64,000 bases of DNA from Escherichia coli (GTDB taxonomy: Bacteria > Pseudomonadota > Gammaproteobacteria > Enterobacterales > Enterobacteriaceae), in assembly GCF_003018255.1 (NCBI RefSeq), contig NZ_CP027440.1, one strand, 5' to 3'. Position 1 is the stretch's first letter. Each line of letters starts with the position of its first letter. This document shows, piece after piece, positions 31,254 through 41,808 of the stretch. The notes beneath the pieces are model-generated. The model had not been told where the DNA came from. It did no database searches and was given only the letters and a program-made list of their open reading frames with translations. Both the position numbers and the translations under genes were made by a program.

Positions 31254-32912
31254 ATGATTCTTGAGCGCGTTGAAATTGTGGGTTTTCGCGGTATCAACCG
31301 TTTGTCGTTGATGCTGGAACAAAACAACGTCCTGATTGGGGAGAACGCGTGGGGTAAATCCAGCTTGCTGGACGCCTTAACCCTGCTGCTATCGCCAGAA
31401 TCAGATCTCTACCATTTTGAGCGCGACGATTTCTGGTTCCCGCCGGGAGATATCAACGGGCGAGAACATCATCTGCATATTATTTTGACCTTCCGCGAAT
31501 CGCTGCCAGGCCGACATCGGGTTCGCCGCTATCGGCCGCTGGAAGCGTGCTGGACGCCATGCACCGATGGTTATCACCGTATTTTTTATCGTCTGGAAGG
31601 GGAGAGTGCGGAAGACGGCAGCGTGATGACACTGCGCAGTTTTCTCGATAAAGACGGACATCCGATTGATGTTGAGGATATTAACGATCAGGCTCGTCAT
31701 CTGGTGCGTTTAATGCCGGTGCTGCGCTTGCGTGATGCCCGTTTTATGCGCCGTATTCGTAACGGCACGGTGCCAAATGTCCCCAATGTGGAAGTCACCG
31801 CGCGCCAGCTCGATTTCCTCGCCCGTGAATTATCCTCACATCCGCAAAATCTCTCTGATGGGCAGATTCGTCAGGGACTTTCCGCAATGGTGCAACTTCT
31901 TGAGCATTATTTTTCTGAGCAGGGAGCTGGACAGGCGCGATATCGTTTAATGCGGCGGCGAGCCAGCAATGAGCAACGAAGCTGGCGCTATCTGGATATC
32001 ATCAACCGGATGATTGACCGACCTGGAGGGCGCTCGTATCGGGTTATTTTGCTCGGCCTGTTTGCTACTTTATTGCAGGCAAAAGGCACATTGCGACTGG
32101 ATAAAGACGCCCGTCCATTGTTGCTGATCGAAGATCCAGAAACCCGTTTACACCCCATTATGCTTTCAGTTGCCTGGCATCTGTTGAATCTTCTGCCCTT
32201 GCAGCGCATTGCCACCACCAACTCGGGTGAGTTACTTTCGTTAACGCCGGTAGAGCATGTTTGCCGACTGGTACGTGAGTCCTCGCGCGTTGCCGCCTGG
32301 CGTCTGGGGCCGAGTGGCTTGAGTACCGAAGATAGCCGACGCATATCCTTTCACATTCGTTTTAACCGTCCGTCATCGCTGTTTGCTCGCTGCTGGCTGC
32401 TGGTGGAAGGGGAAACGGAAACCTGGGTTATCAATGAACTGGCGCGTCAGTGCGGACATCATTTTGATGCCGAAGGAATCAAGGTCATTGAGTTTGCCCA
32501 GTCCGGGCTAAAGCCACTGGTTAAATTTGCCCGCCGAATGGGGATTGAATGGCATGTACTGGTCGATGGCGATGAAGCAGGGAAGAAATATGCCGCTACG
32601 GTACGCAGCCTGTTGAATAACGATCGGGAAGCCGAACGAGAACATTTAACGGCGTTACCGGCGCTGGATATGGAACATTTTATGTATCGCCAGGGATTTT
32701 CCGATGTGTTCCACCGCGTGGCGCAAATCCCGGAAAATATACCGATGAATCTGCGCAAAGTTATCTCGAAAGCGATCCATCGCTCTTCCAAACCCGATCT
32801 TGCCATTGAAGTGGCAATGGAGGCCGGACGTCGTGGTGTGGACTCCGTACCGACGCTGCTGAAAAAAATGTTCTCACGCGTGCTGTGGCTGGCGCGCGGT
32901 CGCGCGGATTAA
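31254..32912 (+). CDS. ybjD: OLD-family ATP-dependent endonuclease-like protein YbjD (N-terminal ABC-type ATPase, C-terminal TOPRIM), 552 aa
   Basis: ORF 31254..32912; Walker A GENAWGKSS at residues ~29-37; C-terminal acidic TOPRIM-like motifs LLVEGETE and VLVDGDEAGK. Confidence 0.85.
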   Translation: MILERVEIVGFRGINRLSLMLEQNNVLIGENAWGKSSLLDALTLLLSPESDLYHFERDDFWFPPGDINGREHHLHIILTFRESLPGRHRVRRYRPLEACWTPCTDGYHRIFYRLEGESAEDGSVMTLRSFLDKDGHPIDVEDINDQARHLVRLMPVLRLRDARFMRRIRNGTVPNVPNVEVTARQLDFLARELSSHPQNLSDGQIRQGLSAMVQLLEHYFSEQGAGQARYRLMRRRASNEQRSWRYLDIINRMIDRPGGRSYRVILLGLFATLLQAKGTLRLDKDARPLLLIEDPETRLHPIMLSVAWHLLNLLPLQRIATTNSGELLSLTPVEHVCRLVRESSRVAAWRLGPSGLSTEDSRRISFHIRFNRPSSLFARCWLLVEGETETWVINELARQCGHHFDAEGIKVIEFAQSGLKPLVKFARRMGIEWHVLVDGDEAGKKYAATVRSLLNNDREAEREHLTALPALDMEHFMYRQGFSDVFHRVAQIPENIPMNLRKVISKAIHRSSKPDLAIEVAMEAGRRGVDSVPTLLKKMFSRVLWLARGRAD

Positions 32913-33901
32913 CCGCGAAACATCGTGGCCATTTGTGGCTGAATAGCGTCGAGCATCTCATAGCGCCGACGGTATTCAGCCCGTTTTTTACTGGCGATTT
33001 CGGCAATCTCTTTTCGTGCTATCTGTGCCGGAAGGCGGTAATGGCGTTCAGCATCACATACGCCGCCAACCGACTCCCAGAACGCGTTGTAATCGGCATG
33101 GATCTTGCCTTCTTTATCACGATAACGCAGGCTGCGGTAAATATGCGTTTCATTGCTGACGGCAATAATCTGCTCTACCTGCAAACGTTGGGCAAACAGA
33201 CAGGCCGCTTCCATCACAAGGCGTTTGGGAAATAGCCCGTGGCAGGCTTTCGTCGCATTCTGGATTTCCTGATGTGGAATTTCCCATTTTGCGCCTTGCA
33301 GTCCGCCAATAAACATTGTTCTTTTCCCCTTATATTCACACAGGGTAAACGTGATCTCTGCCAGAGGAATACCTTCGCTGTTGCGGAACAGGATTGTGCT
33401 GTCACCTTCTTTATCCATTGAGATCATCATGGTCAGCTCAAGCGTGAACTGCTCGCCGTTTTTGCCTTCCAGTTTAGCCAGTTGCAGCCCGGGGGTATTC
33501 AAATATAAGCTGAATTCTTCCGCCGACATACACCCGCGGAGTAACGCATAATGGTAACGTAACGCCTCCAGCAATTGCTTACGGCTAAGATTCGCCGCAA
33601 GGTAAGGGCGATGCAGACGCACAGGCAGTCGCGGCTGGCGCGTTAACAACACATTGAGATTGGGCCAGTGGGAAAGTTCGTTCATCCACTCAACGCTTAA
33701 ACGCGGCATAATCAACGAGCGCAGCAAAAATTTCTGGCGAAAACTACGGCGATGCCAGAATTTACCCGGCCGACACTGTCCACGTGCCAGGCTAAGAAAA
33801 AGTGACAGGCTGCTGAGAGATTCAGATGGCGTAAAGGTCCGTTCAGTTAGCTGCGACATATTCATGAAATCAATGGTTATACATGTCGTCGATTTCACCA
33901 T
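32909..33901 (-). CDS. ybjX: YbjX (DUF535, VirK-like), 330 aa
   Basis: ORF 32909..33901; 4-nt convergent overlap with ybjD stop. Confidence 0.8.
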   Translation of the reverse strand: MVKSTTCITIDFMNMSQLTERTFTPSESLSSLSLFLSLARGQCRPGKFWHRRSFRQKFLLRSLIMPRLSVEWMNELSHWPNLNVLLTRQPRLPVRLHRPYLAANLSRKQLLEALRYHYALLRGCMSAEEFSLYLNTPGLQLAKLEGKNGEQFTLELTMMISMDKEGDSTILFRNSEGIPLAEITFTLCEYKGKRTMFIGGLQGAKWEIPHQEIQNATKACHGLFPKRLVMEAACLFAQRLQVEQIIAVSNETHIYRSLRYRDKEGKIHADYNAFWESVGGVCDAERHYRLPAQIARKEIAEIASKKRAEYRRRYEMLDAIQPQMATMFRG

Positions 33902-34015
33902 TGCGTATCTTAACCAAACATCAATAGTGTGATTACTAATGTAAATTTTAGGGTTTTGTTGATATTTCGTTGAAGTTAATGACCCAGATTGGCATATGGA
34001 GTATTCAGAATATTT

Positions 34016-35131
34016 ATGAAAAAGCGGAAAACCGTGAAGAAGCGTTACGTTATTGCGCTGGTGATAATCATCGTCGGGCTGATTACGTTATGGAGAATTC
34101 TTAACGCACCCGTGCCGACTTATCAGACGCTGATTGTGCGCCCCGGTGATTTACAGCAAAGCGTGCTGGCGACCGGAAAGCTGGACGCGCTGCGTAAGGT
34201 TGATGTGGGCGCGCAGGTCAGCGGTCAGTTGAAAACGCTGTCGGTGGCGATTGGCGATAAAGTAAAAAAAGACCAGCTTTTAGGGGTTATTGATCCTGAA
34301 CAGGCTGAAAACCAGATTAAGGAGGTGGAAGCAACGCTGATGGAGCTACGCGCGCAGCGGCAGCAGGCGGAAGCGGAGCTGAAACTGGCGCGGGTGACGT
34401 ATTCCCGTCAGCAACGTCTTGCACAAACGCAAGCGGTTTCACAGCAGGATCTCGATAACGCCGCGACGGAGATGGCTGTGAAACAGGCGCAAATTGGCAC
34501 CATTGACGCGCAAATCAAGCGCAATCAGGCCTCTCTCGATACGGCTAAAACCAATCTCGATTACACCCGCATCGTTGCCCCGATGGCCGGGGAAGTCACG
34601 CAAATCACCACTCTGCAAGGCCAGACGGTGATTGCCGCACAACAAGCACCGAACATTCTGACGCTGGCAGATATGAGCACCATGCTGGTAAAAGCGCAGG
34701 TTTCTGAAGCGGATGTAATCCACCTGAAGCCGGGGCAAAAAGCCTGGTTTACGGTGCTTGGCGATCCGCTGACGCGCTATGAGGGGCAAATCAAGGATGT
34801 GCTACCGACGCCGGAAAAGGTTAACGACGCTATTTTCTATTACGCCCGTTTTGAAGTCCCCAACCCCAATGGTTTGCTGCGGCTGGATATGACCGCGCAA
34901 GTGCATATTCAGCTCACCGATGTGAAAAATGTGCTGACGATCCCTCTGTCGGCATTAGGCGATCCGGTTGGCGATAATCGTTATAAAGTCAAATTGTTGC
35001 GTAATGGTGAAACACGCGAGCGTGAAGTGACGATTGGCGCACGTAACGATACCGATGTTGAGATTGTCAAAGGGCTGGAAGCGGGCGATGAAGTGGTGAT
35101 TGGTGAGGCCAAACCAGGAGCTGTACAATGA
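34016..35131 (+). CDS. macA: Macrolide efflux periplasmic adaptor (membrane fusion protein) MacA, 371 aa
   Basis: ORF 33989..35131 trimmed to [10 protein letters not shown]; N-terminal TM anchor, coiled-coil region. Confidence 0.85.
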   Translation: MKKRKTVKKRYVIALVIIIVGLITLWRILNAPVPTYQTLIVRPGDLQQSVLATGKLDALRKVDVGAQVSGQLKTLSVAIGDKVKKDQLLGVIDPEQAENQIKEVEATLMELRAQRQQAEAELKLARVTYSRQQRLAQTQAVSQQDLDNAATEMAVKQAQIGTIDAQIKRNQASLDTAKTNLDYTRIVAPMAGEVTQITTLQGQTVIAAQQAPNILTLADMSTMLVKAQVSEADVIHLKPGQKAWFTVLGDPLTRYEGQIKDVLPTPEKVNDAIFYYARFEVPNPNGLLRLDMTAQVHIQLTDVKNVLTIPLSALGDPVGDNRYKVKLLRNGETREREVTIGARNDTDVEIVKGLEAGDEVVIGEAKPGAVQ

Positions 35132-37074
35132 CGCCCTTGCTCGAATTAAAGGATATTCGTCGCAGCTATCCTGCCGGTGATGAGCAGGTTGAGGTGCTGA
35201 AGGGCATCAGCCTCGATATTTATGCCGGTGAGATGGTGGCGATTGTTGGCGCTTCGGGTTCCGGTAAATCGACCCTGATGAATATTCTCGGCTGTCTGGA
35301 TAAGGCCACCAGCGGCACCTATCGCGTCGCCGGTCAGGATGTTGCCACGCTGGACGCCGATGCGCTGGCGCAACTGCGCCGCGAGCATTTCGGCTTTATT
35401 TTCCAGCGTTACCATTTGCTTTCGCATTTAACCGCCGAGCAGAACGTTGAAGTACCCGCCGTCTATGCCGGTCTTGAGCGGAAACAGCGGCTGCTTCGCG
35501 CCCAGGAGTTACTGCAACGACTGGGGCTGGAAGACCGTACAGAGTATTACCCGGCACAGCTTTCGGGTGGCCAGCAACAGCGCGTCAGCATCGCGCGGGC
35601 ATTGATGAACGGCGGTCAGGTAATTCTTGCCGATGAACCGACCGGCGCACTGGACAGCCATTCTGGCGAAGAGGTGATGGCGATCCTGCATCAGCTGCGC
35701 GATCGCGGGCATACGGTGATTATCGTCACCCACGATCCGCAGGTTGCTGCTCAGGCCGAGCGGGTGATCGAAATTCGCGACGGCGAAATTGTGCGCAATC
35801 CTCCCGCCATTGAAAAAGTGAATGTTGCTGGCGGGACGGAACCTGTTGTCAACACGGCGTCTGGCTGGCGGCAGTTTGTCAGCGGTTTTAACGAGGCGCT
35901 GACGATGGCATGGCGGGCGCTGGCAGCGAATAAAATGCGTACTTTACTGACCATGCTGGGGATTATTATCGGTATTGCGTCGGTGGTTTCCATTGTCGTG
36001 GTGGGTGACGCCGCCAAACAAATGGTGCTGGCGGATATTCGTTCTATTGGTACGAATACTATTGATGTCTATCCCGGGAAAGATTTTGGCGATGACGATC
36101 CGCAATATCAGCAGGCGCTGAAGTACGACGACTTAATCGCCATCCAAAAACAACCGTGGGTCGCTTCAGCCACACCTGCCGTCTCGCAAAACCTGCGCCT
36201 GCGTTATAACAATGTTGATGTTGCTGCCAGTGCCAATGGCGTGAGCGGCGATTATTTTAATGTCTATGGCATGACCTTCAGTGAAGGAAACACCTTTAAT
36301 CAGGAGCAGCTGAACGGTCGTGCGCAGGTGGTGGTGCTCGACAGTAATACTCGCCGCCAGCTTTTCCCCCATAAAGCAGATGTGGTTGGCGAGGTGATTC
36401 TGGTCGGCAATATGCCCGCCAGAGTCATTGGTGTGGCGGAAGAAAAACAGTCGATGTTTGGTAGCAGTAAAGTGCTGCGTGTCTGGCTACCTTACAGCAC
36501 GATGTCCGGGCGAGTTATGGGCCAGTCGTGGCTGAACTCCATTACTGTCAGGGTGAAAGAAGGATTTGACAGCGCTGAGGCGGAACAGCAACTCACGCGT
36601 TTACTTTCACTGCGCCACGGTAAGAAGGATTTCTTTACCTGGAACATGGACGGCGTCTTGAAAACCGTTGAAAAGACCACACGTACTTTACAACTGTTTC
36701 TGACGCTGGTGGCGGTGATTTCGCTGGTGGTGGGCGGTATTGGTGTAATGAATATTATGCTGGTGTCAGTGACCGAGCGGACGCGGGAAATTGGCATTCG
36801 CATGGCTGTAGGTGCGCGAGCAAGCGATGTTTTGCAACAGTTCCTGATCGAAGCCGTACTGGTTTGCCTGGTCGGTGGCGCGTTGGGAATAACACTGTCA
36901 CTGTTAATTGCTTTCACCTTACAGCTTTTCTTACCCGGCTGGGAGATTGGTTTTTCACCGTTGGCGCTGCTGCTGGCGTTTCTCTGCTCGACGGTCACCG
37001 GGATTTTATTTGGCTGGTTACCCGCACGAAATGCGGCACGACTGGATCCAGTAGATGCTCTGGCACGAGAGTAA
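35128..37074 (+). CDS. macB: Macrolide/toxin efflux ABC transporter MacB (N-terminal ATPase fused to FtsX-like permease), 648 aa
   Basis: ORF 35128..37074; Walker [10 protein letters not shown], signature LSGGQQQR, C-terminal TM helices; ATGA overlap with macA. Confidence 0.9.
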   Translation: MTPLLELKDIRRSYPAGDEQVEVLKGISLDIYAGEMVAIVGASGSGKSTLMNILGCLDKATSGTYRVAGQDVATLDADALAQLRREHFGFIFQRYHLLSHLTAEQNVEVPAVYAGLERKQRLLRAQELLQRLGLEDRTEYYPAQLSGGQQQRVSIARALMNGGQVILADEPTGALDSHSGEEVMAILHQLRDRGHTVIIVTHDPQVAAQAERVIEIRDGEIVRNPPAIEKVNVAGGTEPVVNTASGWRQFVSGFNEALTMAWRALAANKMRTLLTMLGIIIGIASVVSIVVVGDAAKQMVLADIRSIGTNTIDVYPGKDFGDDDPQYQQALKYDDLIAIQKQPWVASATPAVSQNLRLRYNNVDVAASANGVSGDYFNVYGMTFSEGNTFNQEQLNGRAQVVVLDSNTRRQLFPHKADVVGEVILVGNMPARVIGVAEEKQSMFGSSKVLRVWLPYSTMSGRVMGQSWLNSITVRVKEGFDSAEAEQQLTRLLSLRHGKKDFFTWNMDGVLKTVEKTTRTLQLFLTLVAVISLVVGGIGVMNIMLVSVTERTREIGIRMAVGARASDVLQQFLIEAVLVCLVGGALGITLSLLIAFTLQLFLPGWEIGFSPLALLLAFLCSTVTGILFGWLPARNAARLDPVDALARE

Positions 37075-37085
37075 TTTTTGAGATA

Positions 37086-37114
37086 AAAATGCCAGCCGAT
37101 CGGGCTGGCATTTT
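37086..37114. terminator. Bidirectional intrinsic terminator between convergent macB and cspD (AAAATGCCAGCC-GATC-GGGCTGGCATTTT)
   Basis: Perfect 12-bp palindrome flanked by A/T runs. Confidence 0.75.
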
Positions 37115-37146
37115 GCCTTTAGGATGTACACAATGAGACAGAAGAG

Positions 37147-37371
37147 CTATGCGACTGCCGCTTCTACTTCGACGGGCACAATAACACTGGCGTGATTGCC
37201 TTTTGGCCCCTGGTGGACATCAAACTGAACGGATTGTCCAGCTTTTAGCGTTCTGTAACCATCCATCTGAATGGTGGAATAATGAGCGAAAATATCTTCG
37301 CCGCCGCCTTCAGGGCAGATGAAACCAAACCCTTTGGCATTGTTGAACCACTTAACAGTACCCTTTTCCAT
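37147..37371 (-). CDS. cspD: Stationary-phase cold-shock-domain protein CspD (74 aa)
   Basis: ORF 37147..37401 trimmed to MEKGTVKWFNNAKGFGFI cold-shock domain start. Confidence 0.9.
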   Translation of the reverse strand: MEKGTVKWFNNAKGFGFICPEGGGEDIFAHYSTIQMDGYRTLKAGQSVQFDVHQGPKGNHASVIVPVEVEAAVA

Positions 37372-37693
37372 GCTTCGACATCCTTCGCAAATCTTATACA
37401 AGTAAGATGGAATAAACCGGGGTCAGAGAGGGGGCTGTTCAAAACCTCGCCAACTCTAGAAATACAATTTAGAGAATTAGGGCGAGCCGTCAAGCATTTG
37501 ACAGGGGCCAGGGGGCAGGTATGAATCAAAAATTTGAAGCAGTTAACGCTATTGACAGGAATGTGACAGATGTCGCTGATGCCAACGATAGATGATAGTT
37601 ATCTATCATGTGGAGTAGATTGGTCAGGCAAATAAGCTCTTGTCAGCGGCAGGGCGTTCTGCCGATAACCGTAACCGAAGATGATAACTGACA

Positions 37694-38014
37694 ATGGGTA
37701 AAACGAACGACTGGCTGGACTTTGATCAACTGGCGGAAGAAAAAGTTCGCGACGCGCTAAAACCGCCATCTATGTATAAAGTGATATTAGTCAATGATGA
37801 TTATACTCCGATGGAGTTTGTTATTGACGTGTTACAAAAATTCTTTTCTTATGATGTAGAACGTGCAACGCAATTGATGCTCGCTGTTCACTACCAGGGG
37901 AAGGCCATTTGCGGAGTCTTTACCGCTGAGGTTGCAGAAACCAAAGTGGCGATGGTGAACAAGTACGCGAGGGAGAATGAGCATCCATTGCTGTGTACGC
38001 TAGAAAAAGCCTGA
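37694..38014 (+). CDS. clpS: ClpS, ClpAP adaptor / N-recognin (106 aa)
   Basis: ORF 37694..38014; directly upstream of clpA. Confidence 0.9.
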
Positions 38015-38044
38015 ATGCAGGCATAAAAATTGGGGGAGGTGCCT

Positions 38045-40321
38045 ATGCTCAATCAAGAACTGGAACTCAGTTTAAATATGGCTTTCGCCAGAGCGCGCGA
38101 GCACCGTCATGAGTTTATGACCGTCGAGCACTTGTTACTGGCGCTGCTCAGTAACCCATCTGCCCGGGAGGCGCTGGAAGCGTGCTCTGTGGATTTGGTT
38201 GCGCTCCGTCAGGAACTGGAAGCCTTTATTGAACAAACCACACCCGTTCTGCCTGCCAGTGAAGAGGAGCGCGACACACAGCCGACGCTGAGTTTTCAGC
38301 GTGTACTGCAACGTGCGGTCTTCCATGTCCAGTCCTCCGGTCGCAATGAGGTTACCGGTGCAAACGTTCTGGTCGCTATCTTTAGCGAACAGGAGTCGCA
38401 GGCGGCATATCTGTTGCGCAAACATGAAGTCAGCCGTCTCGATGTGGTGAACTTTATCTCTCATGGCACGCGTAAAGACGAGCCGACACAGTCTTCTGAT
38501 CCTGGCAGCCAGCCAAACAGCGAAGAACAAGCTGGTGGGGAGGAACGTATGGAGAATTTCACGACGAACCTGAATCAGCTTGCGCGAGTGGGCGGAATCG
38601 ACCCACTGATTGGTCGTGAGAAGGAGCTGGAGCGTGCTATTCAGGTTCTCTGCCGTCGCCGTAAAAACAACCCGCTGCTGGTGGGGGAATCTGGTGTCGG
38701 TAAAACCGCGATTGCGGAGGGGCTTGCATGGCGAATTGTTCAGGGCGATGTGCCGGAAGTGATGGCTGACTGTACGATTTACTCTCTCGATATCGGTTCT
38801 CTGTTAGCGGGCACAAAATATCGCGGCGACTTTGAAAAACGTTTTAAAGCGTTGCTCAAGCAGCTGGAGCAAGACACTAACAGCATCCTGTTTATTGATG
38901 AGATCCACACCATTATCGGTGCGGGTGCAGCGTCTGGTGGCCAGGTCGATGCAGCTAACCTGATCAAACCGTTGCTCTCCAGCGGTAAAATTCGCGTAAT
39001 TGGTTCGACAACCTATCAGGAGTTCAGCAACATTTTCGAGAAAGACCGTGCTCTGGCGCGTCGCTTCCAGAAAATTGATATTACTGAACCGTCAATCGAA
39101 GAAACTGTTCAAATCATCAATGGCCTGAAACCGAAGTATGAAGCGCACCACGACGTGCGTTATACCGCAAAAGCGGTGCGTGCAGCGGTAGAGCTGGCGG
39201 TGAAATACATTAACGATCGTCATCTGCCGGATAAAGCCATTGACGTTATCGACGAAGCGGGCGCTCGCGCACGCCTGATGCCGGTAAGCAAACGCAAGAA
39301 AACCGTTAATGTGGCGGATATTGAGTCCGTGGTGGCCCGTATTGCGCGCATTCCAGAGAAGAGTGTTTCGCAGAGTGACCGCGATACCCTGAAAAACCTC
39401 GGCGATCGCCTGAAAATGCTGGTCTTCGGTCAGGATAAAGCCATTGAGGCGCTGACTGAAGCCATTAAGATGGCGCGTGCAGGTTTAGGTCACGAACATA
39501 AACCGGTCGGTTCGTTCCTGTTTGCCGGTCCTACCGGGGTCGGGAAAACAGAGGTGACGGTACAGCTTTCGAAAGCGTTGGGCATTGAGCTTCTGCGCTT
39601 TGATATGTCCGAGTATATGGAACGCCATACCGTCAGCCGTCTGATTGGTGCGCCTCCGGGATACGTTGGTTTTGATCAGGGCGGTTTGCTGACTGATGCG
39701 GTCATCAAGCATCCACATGCGGTGCTGCTGCTGGACGAAATCGAGAAAGCGCACCCGGACGTGTTCAATATTCTGTTGCAGGTGATGGACAACGGTACGC
39801 TGACCGATAACAACGGACGCAAAGCGGACTTCCGTAACGTGGTATTGGTGATGACCACCAACGCTGGGGTACGAGAAACTGAGCGTAAATCGATTGGTCT
39901 TATCCACCAGGACAACAGTACCGATGCGATGGAAGAGATCAAGAAGATCTTTACGCCGGAGTTTCGTAACCGTCTCGACAACATTATCTGGTTCGATCAT
40001 CTCTCCACCGACGTGATCCATCAGGTAGTGGATAAATTCATCGTCGAGTTGCAGGTTCAGCTGGATCAGAAAGGTGTTTCTCTGGAAGTGAGCCAGGAAG
40101 CGCGTAACTGGCTGGCCGAGAAAGGTTACGACCGGGCAATGGGCGCACGTCCGATGGCGCGTGTCATCCAGGACAACCTGAAAAAACCGCTCGCCAACGA
40201 ACTGTTGTTTGGTTCGCTGGTGGACGGCGGTCAGGTGACGGTTGCGCTGGATAAAGAGAAAAATGAGCTGACTTATGGATTCCAGAGTGCACAAAAGCAC
40301 AAGGCGGAAGCAGCGCATTAA
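38045..40321 (+). CDS. clpA: ClpA, ATP-dependent Clp protease ATPase/unfoldase (two AAA+ modules), 758 aa
   Basis: ORF 38030..40321 trimmed to [14 protein letters not shown]; Walker A motifs GESGVGKT and GPTGVGKT. Confidence 0.9.
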   Translation: MLNQELELSLNMAFARAREHRHEFMTVEHLLLALLSNPSAREALEACSVDLVALRQELEAFIEQTTPVLPASEEERDTQPTLSFQRVLQRAVFHVQSSGRNEVTGANVLVAIFSEQESQAAYLLRKHEVSRLDVVNFISHGTRKDEPTQSSDPGSQPNSEEQAGGEERMENFTTNLNQLARVGGIDPLIGREKELERAIQVLCRRRKNNPLLVGESGVGKTAIAEGLAWRIVQGDVPEVMADCTIYSLDIGSLLAGTKYRGDFEKRFKALLKQLEQDTNSILFIDEIHTIIGAGAASGGQVDAANLIKPLLSSGKIRVIGSTTYQEFSNIFEKDRALARRFQKIDITEPSIEETVQIINGLKPKYEAHHDVRYTAKAVRAAVELAVKYINDRHLPDKAIDVIDEAGARARLMPVSKRKKTVNVADIESVVARIARIPEKSVSQSDRDTLKNLGDRLKMLVFGQDKAIEALTEAIKMARAGLGHEHKPVGSFLFAGPTGVGKTEVTVQLSKALGIELLRFDMSEYMERHTVSRLIGAPPGYVGFDQGGLLTDAVIKHPHAVLLLDEIEKAHPDVFNILLQVMDNGTLTDNNGRKADFRNVVLVMTTNAGVRETERKSIGLIHQDNSTDAMEEIKKIFTPEFRNRLDNIIWFDHLSTDVIHQVVDKFIVELQVQLDQKGVSLEVSQEARNWLAEKGYDRAMGARPMARVIQDNLKKPLANELLFGSLVDGGQVTVALDKEKNELTYGFQSAQKHKAEAAH

Positions 40322-40560
40322 TCTAATTGTTAGGTAGGTTGGTGAAGTCCGTAATCTCGAAAGAGGTTACGGACTTTTTGTTTATGGGGTGGAGGAGGTT
40401 CTGACCCTTTTTTTGATGATGATGGTAATTTGTTGATAATTAGTGCTGCGGGAAGGTAAGGATAAAAAAGGGTGGTAGCAGGAAAATGAGATGGTTTTGC
40501 TTTATTAACAACGGGCTAGACGTGTAGTATTTGAGTTCACTGCCGTACAGGCAGATAAAA

Positions 40561-40964
40561 TGCGAAAAAAAGCTCGTACTTTCGTACGAGCTCTTCTTTG
40601 AATATGGCGGTGAGGGGGGGATTGACTCGCTTCGCTCGCCCTGCGGGCAGCCCACTCACTGTGTTCGTGGTCTGTCCAACTGGCTGCGCCAGTTGTCGAA
40701 CCCCGGTCGGGGCTTCTCATCCCCCCTGGAGTGCAATATGCGAAAAAAAAGCTCGCACTTTCGTACGAGCTCTTCTTTGAATATGGCGGTGAGGGGGGGG
40801 ATTGACTCGCTTCGCTCGCCCTGCGGGCAGCCCACTCACTGTGTTCGTGGTCTGTCCAACTGGCTGCGCCAGTTGTCGAACCCCGGTCGGGGCTTCTCAT
40901 CCCCCCTGGAGTGCAATATGCGAAAAAAAAAGCTCGCACTTTCGTACGAGCTCTTCTTTGAATA
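40561..40964. repeat. Tandem array (~2.25 copies, period 178-180 bp) adjoining serW; each unit contains the 3'-terminal ~19 nt of tRNA-Ser plus the serW terminator hairpin and a ~115-bp GC-rich structured segment
   Basis: Unit starts at 40561, 40739 and 40919 (TGCGAAAAAAAGCTCG..., near-identical copies); TGGCGGTGAGGGGGGGATT (reverse complement of tRNA 3' end) recurs at ~40605, ~40785 and 40965. Confidence 0.85.
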
Positions 40965-41052
40965 TGGCGGTGAGGGGGGGATTCGAACCCCCGATACGTT
41001 GCCGTATACACACTTTCCAGGCGTGCTCCTTCAGCCACTCGGACACCTCACC
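40965..41052 (-). tRNA. serW: tRNA-Ser (anticodon GGA), 88 nt, encoded CCA end
   Basis: Minus strand reads GGTGAGGTGTCCGAGTGGCTGAAGGAGCACGCCTGGAAAGTGTGTATACGGCAACGTATCGGGGGTTCGAATCCCCCCCTCACCGCCA; long variable arm typical of tRNA-Ser; followed by hairpin + T9 terminator. Confidence 0.9.
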
Positions 41053-41095
41053 AAATTGTTTTGCTACCAAACCTCATGGGTGGCAACGGGGCGCT

Positions 41096-41124
41096 ACTAT
41101 AGGGAGTTGGAGTAAAACGGTCAA
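41096..41124 (-). promoter_or_regulatory. Sigma-70 promoter of serW (-35 TTGACC, 17-bp spacer, -10 TATAGT)
   Basis: Read on minus strand ~40-70 nt upstream of mature tRNA 5' end. Confidence 0.6.
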
Positions 41125-41305
41125 GAAGAATTTTAATGATAATTATTGTTTGCTCATACTGTAAACAAGTTGTGCAGTATATCTACATCGAGACAAGTTA
41201 TGGACTTATACTTCCAAAGTACTTCATACATATCACAAAATAAAAAGGCCGGCTAAACCGACCTTTTACTCGTTCTTTCTCTTCGCCCATCAGGCGGTAA
41301 AACAA

Positions 41306-41527
<222 letters not shown>

Positions 41528-41808
41528 ATCCTCTGGGGTATCACTACCGTAATTTGAACCGGCAAGATAATGCCGAAGTTCTGTAAATAAGTAAAGATTT
41601 GCGCGCTAAATCGCAACAAACAGGTTCGGCACATTACTCCGAAAACACACGGCTAAGCCGCACCAAAAGCGCAACGTATAAGGGAGCGGTGAGATAAACG
41701 ATGGGCGTTACCTGACGCGAAAAATTCCTTATCGGCAGCGGGGTAATGAGCGTAACCAACTCTGCGACCGCAATTATAACACTCTGGGGAGAAATGTGCC
41801 GAAAACAT

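Noticed and set aside
40561-40964. CRISPR array
   Set aside because: Repeat period is ~180 bp with near-identical whole units, not 28-37-bp repeats separated by unique spacers; no cas genes in the window.
40322-41305. Possible prophage or genomic island integrated at serW
   Set aside because: tRNA 3'-end duplications suggested an integration site, but there is no integrase, excisionase or cargo gene; clpA and infA flank the tRNA directly. Only the repeat scar is reported.
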